A stretch of DNA of 64,000 bases, from positions 1 through 64,000 of the forward strand of contig JANJXX010000002.1 of the NCBI GenBank assembly GCA_024720975.1, in the 5' to 3' direction. This DNA comes from Thermoproteota archaeon (GTDB lineage: Archaea; Asgardarchaeota; Njordarchaeia; Njordarchaeales; Panguiarchaeaceae). Made by a program: the position numbers and the translations under genes. The notes under the pieces were generated by a model that searched no databases, had not been told where the DNA came from, and saw only the letters and a program-made list of their open reading frames with translations. Shown here piece by piece: positions 59,441-64,000 of this stretch (position 1 is its first letter; each line of letters starts with the position of its first letter).

Positions 59441-59965
59441 TCATAATAGTCTACGTATTTCTAGAAGCGATTTCAGAATTTCAAGAAGGTCCTTTACACT
59501 AAGTCTATTAATTTCTATTTCCAGTGCATAGCTCATCTGGTAAAGCAATCTCTTTATCATAGACTCTAGTTGTTTGTTCACGTCTTCCCCAGTTTTTTCG
59601 CCGGTTTTCTCAGCCGCCAGTGCACTTACCTCTCTTTCATGTGCTTCCCTGCTTGAAATTCCCTCTGGACTTCTAATAATCGTGGCCTCTTCTAACTTTA
59701 AAACGCCGCCTTCAGCTATTTCACCGATAATTTTCACCTTCGATGAATCCAATTTATTTAATTCCTCCGGTGTAGCTAGATAAACATCGCAATTCGGGCA
59801 ATATCTCAATCCGACGTCTTTTTTCAAAAAGAGAATTGCTGAACACACTGGACAAACTTCATCAAGCATTCTATGCCCTTCCCTTAGCAGTAGAACCATC
59901 TTTTTTACTAATTCATTTCTGAGTTCCGGATTTTTCACCCAGTCTTTTTTTATTTCATCGGACAA
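59441..59965 (-). CDS. UPF0148/autoantigen p27 Zn-ribbon protein
   Basis: KKMVLLLREGHRMLDEVCPVC...LF....YCPNC. Confidence 0.9.
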   Translation of the reverse strand: MSDEIKKDWVKNPELRNELVKKMVLLLREGHRMLDEVCPVCSAILFLKKDVGLRYCPNCDVYLATPEELNKLDSSKVKIIGEIAEGGVLKLEEATIIRSPEGISSREAHEREVSALAAEKTGEKTGEDVNKQLESMIKRLLYQMSYALEIEINRLSVKDLLEILKSLLEIRRLL

Positions 59966-60053
59966 AAATTACACCGAGTTCAATCAAGTTTATGATCAAA
60001 CTAGCTTAATGCGTGACTATCTATTTAAAATCCTGTCAACTTTTACTAATAAC

Positions 60054-60069
60054 TGGAACACATGTTCCA
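60054..60069. promoter_or_regulatory. Palindrome in divergent intergenic region
   Basis: TGGAACA-CA-TGTTCCA between UPF0148 and rpl10e. Confidence 0.3.
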
Positions 60070-60170
60070 TCTCTATTTGAGAGCAATATAAAAATGGATT
60101 ACATTAAGCCAGATTATATTTAAAAGCCTTAAAATTAGACTTTGATTTCGTCATTTAGAGGGAAAAGAAA

Positions 60171-60683
60171 ATGCCTACAAAGAGAGAGGCTAAATGCTAC
60201 AGAAAAGTGCCAGTCCATCCATACACTAGAGTGGAGTATATAAAAAGCGTGCCACAGTCCAAAATTAGGATCTTTAATATGGGCAACCCAAATGAAAGGT
60301 ATGACTATAAAGTGATGTTGATCTCTAAGCAAAGAGCTATGATTTTAGCGCGGGCATTGGAAGCAGCAAGGATAGCTACCAACAGATATTTAAGCGAAAG
60401 TATTGGTAAAGGTACCTTCTTCATTCGAGTCCGGCCAGTTCCTCATGCGATAGTGAGAGAAAGAAAGTTCCTAGGAACGGCCGGTGCCGATCGGATACAA
60501 AAAGGTATGAGACGAGCTTATGGAAAACCATCAGATCGCGCTGCAATAGTTGAAGTAAACGATATTATCTTAGAACTATGGGTCCACTCAAAGGATCTAG
60601 AAACTGCAAAAAAAGCAGCAAAATTAGCAGCATATAAAATAGGTGTGAGTACCAGAATCGAGGTTACGCCATTTAGCAAATGA
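60171..60683 (+). CDS. rpl10e: 50S ribosomal protein uL16 (L10e)
   Basis: YTRVEYI..VP, ALEAARI, GADRIQKGMRRAYGKP. Confidence 0.97.
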   Translation: MPTKREAKCYRKVPVHPYTRVEYIKSVPQSKIRIFNMGNPNERYDYKVMLISKQRAMILARALEAARIATNRYLSESIGKGTFFIRVRPVPHAIVRERKFLGTAGADRIQKGMRRAYGKPSDRAAIVEVNDIILELWVHSKDLETAKKAAKLAAYKIGVSTRIEVTPFSK

Positions 60684-60690
60684 CAATAAT

Positions 60691-60730
60691 TAATCATTAT
60701 CACAATTATGATGTATGCGATTAATGATTA
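60691..60730. repeat. Imperfect AT-rich inverted repeat after rpl10e
   Basis: TAATCATTATC...GATTAATGATTA. Confidence 0.3.
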
Positions 60731-60786
60731 TTCAGCATGCCTTTTAATTTCCGAATTAAGATAAAATTGTCAGTGAGGGAACATCC

Positions 60787-61284
60787 ATGTCAAAACGAAA
60801 GGCGAAACTCATATTACCTAAGAGTCTGATCAACAAATTTATAAAACCACCAGAATTCAAAAATATTGTACGTATTGTCGATACTGATTTACCCGGAGAA
60901 CTTCCAGTATTGTGGGCGTTGACTAGAATCCTAGGCGTTGGCATAAGTTTTGCAAACGCTATCGTAAAAGTAGCAGATATTGATCCTAGGCGCCTACTTG
61001 GCACCCTAACAGATGAAGAAATAGCAAAACTGGACAGTATTATAAGAAATCCCATTCAGTATGCTATTCCGGCATGGTTGTTAAATCGAAGATACGATAG
61101 AGAAACCGGAGAGCACATCCATCTTACAGGTAGCAAATTAACTCTCCAGCTTAAAAAAGACATTGAACGCCTAATAAATCTAGGGCACTGGAGAGGAATC
61201 AGACATAGCAGGGGACTTAAAGTCCGAGGTCAAAGACTCGGACGCAGCAGACCAAGAGCTATTATACACCACCTTAAGAGGTAA
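60787..61284 (+). CDS. rps13: 30S ribosomal protein uS13
   Basis: IVRIVDTDLPG, IPAWLLNRRYD, WRGIRH..GLKVRGQR. Confidence 0.97.
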   Translation: MSKRKAKLILPKSLINKFIKPPEFKNIVRIVDTDLPGELPVLWALTRILGVGISFANAIVKVADIDPRRLLGTLTDEEIAKLDSIIRNPIQYAIPAWLLNRRYDRETGEHIHLTGSKLTLQLKKDIERLINLGHWRGIRHSRGLKVRGQRLGRSRPRAIIHHLKR

Positions 61285-61778
61285 TGCATATGCGAAGTCT
61301 TCGAAAGAAGTATAAAACCCCTCGTAAACCATTTGAGAAAGATAGACTTATTGAAGAAATGAGGCTTATTGGCGAATATGGATTAAGAAATAAACATGAG
61401 CTCTGGCGCACCAAAACGATGCTCTCTGAAATACGAAGACGCGCTCGAGAACTCCTAGCTCTGCCTCCTGATGAGAGAAAAAATGAAGAAGAAGCTCTCA
61501 TAGGACGCCTATACCAGTTAGGTATACTCGAGAAAAATTCAACATTGGATGATATACTAAAACTCAGGGTTGAAGATCTTTTGGAGAGACGCCTACAAAC
61601 AGTTGTCTGGAGACTCGGTTATGCTAAAACCCCCCATCAAGCACGGCAAATGATCGTGCATAGACACATAATAGTAAACGGGAAAATAGTTACGATTCCA
61701 TCTTTTCTTGTTAAAAGAGACGATGTAGTTGAAATTCACCCTCGATCCCCCTTTGCTAAAGCTCTACAAGAGGGATAG
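61284..61778 (+). CDS. rps4: 30S ribosomal protein uS4
   Basis: YGLRNKHELW, LERRLQT, QARQMIVHRHI. Confidence 0.97.
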   Translation: MHMRSLRKKYKTPRKPFEKDRLIEEMRLIGEYGLRNKHELWRTKTMLSEIRRRARELLALPPDERKNEEEALIGRLYQLGILEKNSTLDDILKLRVEDLLERRLQTVVWRLGYAKTPHQARQMIVHRHIIVNGKIVTIPSFLVKRDDVVEIHPRSPFAKALQEG

Positions 61779-61817
61779 GAACTTAAATGACAAATTAAGA
61801 CTACAGGCGCAAAGTTT

Positions 61818-62405
61818 GTGTTAAGAAATGAGAGCTACTACCTTCTCGCATTTGAATTAGATTCACCAAGAGATCTATGCAATGTCATCTACTATGATTT
61901 CCTCCTAAGTCCCTCACCCAAGGTCTTACTGAAGGAGCGAAGAAAAATCCTTTACTTTGCTTCGCGCATCTTACGGGGGAAGGCGGGAAATTGTGTAGGT
62001 TTCTGCTTTTTCGTGATCACTCCTAATGAGATGAGTAAGGATTACTTAATATGCTCGGAGGATCGAGGTTTAATATCTGATGTGCCTGATCCTAAAGCTC
62101 CTGCATGCTTCGAAATTTTCAATGTAGAAGGTCTTCTTCGAGCGCCTGGTTCAGAAATAGCAATAAATGATCCCTGGATACGCCAATGGTCTTTTGTTAT
62201 TAAGGCGGATGAAAATATCATCACTCATATCACATCCAAGAGGGGGCGAATACTTCTTGCTCCGAAATCAGGCAATTACTTGATTATAATATCTAAAAAC
62301 TCACTAACAATCTCTTACCTAGAAGAATCCGCGACATATAAGTTAAAATCGCTGTCACCGGCGATCTTTCGGTGCGTAATGTTATACAAATTGCGTGATG
62401 TATAA
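61818..62405 (+). CDS. Hypothetical protein
   Basis: 195-aa ORF, no recognised motif. Confidence 0.6.
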   Translation: MLRNESYYLLAFELDSPRDLCNVIYYDFLLSPSPKVLLKERRKILYFASRILRGKAGNCVGFCFFVITPNEMSKDYLICSEDRGLISDVPDPKAPACFEIFNVEGLLRAPGSEIAINDPWIRQWSFVIKADENIITHITSKRGRILLAPKSGNYLIIISKNSLTISYLEESATYKLKSLSPAIFRCVMLYKLRDV

Positions 62406-62463
62406 ACCATACCAGAAAGCTGCTGATTTCTTTGACTCTTGCATACGATGTTGCTATGTTTGA

Positions 62464-63006
62464 CTACCAATATGTTATGTCCTTGTCTGAAGTTTCTTCG
62501 GACGTACTCCGCTCTTTTTCTCCTTTGGTGCCCAATCCTAACAGCTTCTCAGATACGTATATATCAGCCTCACATTTTAAGGCAAGCAAAATTGCATGGG
62601 AGGGTACCATCTTGAGGGTTCTTTTTCCTTCAGGACTTTCTGAAATGTTTCTAATTTCTACCTCAGCAACATAGACTCCTAACTCTGGTATTACATCTGA
62701 TATTACTACCTTACATATTTTTGCCAATTCACAAACAAGATCTGACATCGAAAGTCTAAAATCCTTTGCCGGCTTCGGTGGTTTTCCACTTACCATTAGC
62801 CATATCTCCGTGGCAATTTCCATTGGGATTCCCATCAACCTTAGTGCGCGACCGTCTTCTAGCCGAAGTTCTATTACAGGTCTACGCAACTGCTCTTTCA
62901 ATTCCGGCGGCAGCAAAAGATGTGCATACGTGCGTGTTATGGGAAAGAGAATTGCTACATTTATCACTTTAATGCATTTTTCTTGCGATGTTTTTCCCCC
63001 ACCCAA
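62464..63006 (-). CDS. Bifunctional nuclease (DUF151)-like protein
   Basis: LEDGR, IP.EIA..I, R..MSDL, GVYVAEV, MVPSHAILLAL....IYVSE. Confidence 0.8.
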   Translation of the reverse strand: MGGGKTSQEKCIKVINVAILFPITRTYAHLLLPPELKEQLRRPVIELRLEDGRALRLMGIPMEIATEIWLMVSGKPPKPAKDFRLSMSDLVCELAKICKVVISDVIPELGVYVAEVEIRNISESPEGKRTLKMVPSHAILLALKCEADIYVSEKLLGLGTKGEKERSTSEETSDKDITYW

Positions 63007-63104
63007 TGTGAACTCCTAAGTAGCGTCGTCAGTAAAATCTAGAACTCAGCCAACAATATTTAATATTTTTGGAATAATGGGTAAAGAGAAATTCTGGGAT
63101 AAAA

Positions 63105-63914
63105 ATGACGACTTTTCAACCGGTGAATATTTTTAGAGCATACAACATATTAATTTCATTGCCCGGAGAGATATCACAAGAAGATGCTATAAGTATCATA
63201 GTTGAGAAGTTCAAATTAAGCGAAAGAACAGCAAAGACATACCTTCGTGCCCTCAAGGTTTGGGGCTTCCTCTGGGGAGAAGAAACTCTTTATGTTAAAA
63301 AGACATCACTGGAGGAGTTCATTCTACAATTGCAGAGGCTATTTCTTGCCGATTTAGGAGCTTTTTTTGAAGTACTTAAGACTACTATCGAATCTCTTCC
63401 AGCCAGTTCCGTGTGGAGTATAGTTTTAACTCTTAGAAGTAAAGGTTTCGACGTAAGTGCTTGGAAATTAAAACACATTATACGTCTCCTTAAACAAGCT
63501 TGTTTGCTATGGGAAAAACGCTTTTATGAACCATTAAATCTTGAAGTCTCACTGCAGAATATCATATACGCTAGAATAATATCCCGAGGATACTACAGAC
63601 TCGGTAAGTTACTGAATGAACTCACGCGCGAATTGAACTTAAGCCACTGTGAAATTAAAAAGGTACTTGTACAAATGATTCTCAACCAGCAGATTTTAGT
63701 AAACGCACCTGAATCTCTTGTTAGAATTTGGATAAAAAGCTTACAATCAGGCTATTGTGATATTACTGAACTCTCACTCGAGAACGCTAATGCCGAGGAA
63801 TTAAACGAGCTGAAGCAACTTTCTACCTTATATCCTGATTTAATCTCTATTCGCGGCGATGTTCTCACAGTTAAAATTTTCGATGGTAACTTCATAGTGG
63901 TCCCATACAAATGA
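63105..63914 (+). CDS. Tandem winged-helix protein, unknown function
   Basis: Three HTH-like repeats (LSERTAKTYLRALKVWGF; LKHIIRLLKQACLL; EIKKVLVQMI). Confidence 0.6.
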   Translation: MTTFQPVNIFRAYNILISLPGEISQEDAISIIVEKFKLSERTAKTYLRALKVWGFLWGEETLYVKKTSLEEFILQLQRLFLADLGAFFEVLKTTIESLPASSVWSIVLTLRSKGFDVSAWKLKHIIRLLKQACLLWEKRFYEPLNLEVSLQNIIYARIISRGYYRLGKLLNELTRELNLSHCEIKKVLVQMILNQQILVNAPESLVRIWIKSLQSGYCDITELSLENANAEELNELKQLSTLYPDLISIRGDVLTVKIFDGNFIVVPYK

Positions 63915-63930
63915 TTTAAAAAGGAGTGTC

Positions 63931-64000
63931 TTAATCTTTGCGATAGGTTTCTATGAATTTCTCAATACTCGCCGCAGACCCTCTCAGTATTAACATGTCC
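63931..64000 (-). CDS. 3' end of a CDS entering from outside the window (TrkA-C-like tail)
   Basis: DMLILRGSAASIEKFIETYRKD* with TAA at 63931-63933. Confidence 0.4.
   Translation of the reverse strand, partial: DMLILRGSAASIEKFIETYRKD

Noticed and set aside
1-64000. CRISPR array, rRNA, SRP RNA, RNase P RNA, IS elements
   Set aside because: No regularly spaced repeats, long GC-rich non-coding stretches or transposase motifs found by eye.

Overview
Housekeeping-rich 64 kb window from an archaeon, most likely a thermophilic Asgard-related lineage (inferred from a Mak16/eL28-like protein, a Roadblock protein, a GIFT-like protein, a TFE-beta/RPC34-like protein and very divergent ribosomal proteins). 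It contains a scrambled, partial A/V-type ATP synthase cluster (C, D, I, K, E, H; no A, B or F) and fragments of ribosomal operons. Also present are a split exosome superoperon, many ribosome-biogenesis/RNA-modification genes (Mak16, Brix, Gar1, Nep1, TmcA, SBDS, HflX), SRP54, FtsY, TrpRS, GluRS, a stand-alone NurA-HerA pair, a wHTH-AEP primase/polymerase, and six tRNA genes (one with an intron). No CRISPR array, rRNA gene or intact mobile element was seen. The most unusual signals are: (1) apparent ATA (AUA) initiation of three genes including rpoN, two of them at the modal 6-nt SD spacing; (2) a tRNA-Ala(CGC) with A3:U70 instead of G3:U70; (3) ATP synthase subunit E fused to a degenerate PD-(D/E)XK domain, plus an extra two-TM gene in the operon; (4) a cysteine-conserved Mak16 co-occurring with a Brix protein; (5) eS6 with a ~160-aa C-terminal extension; (6) SRP54 with an altered RNA-binding motif. 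All family assignments come from motif recognition by eye, not database searches.
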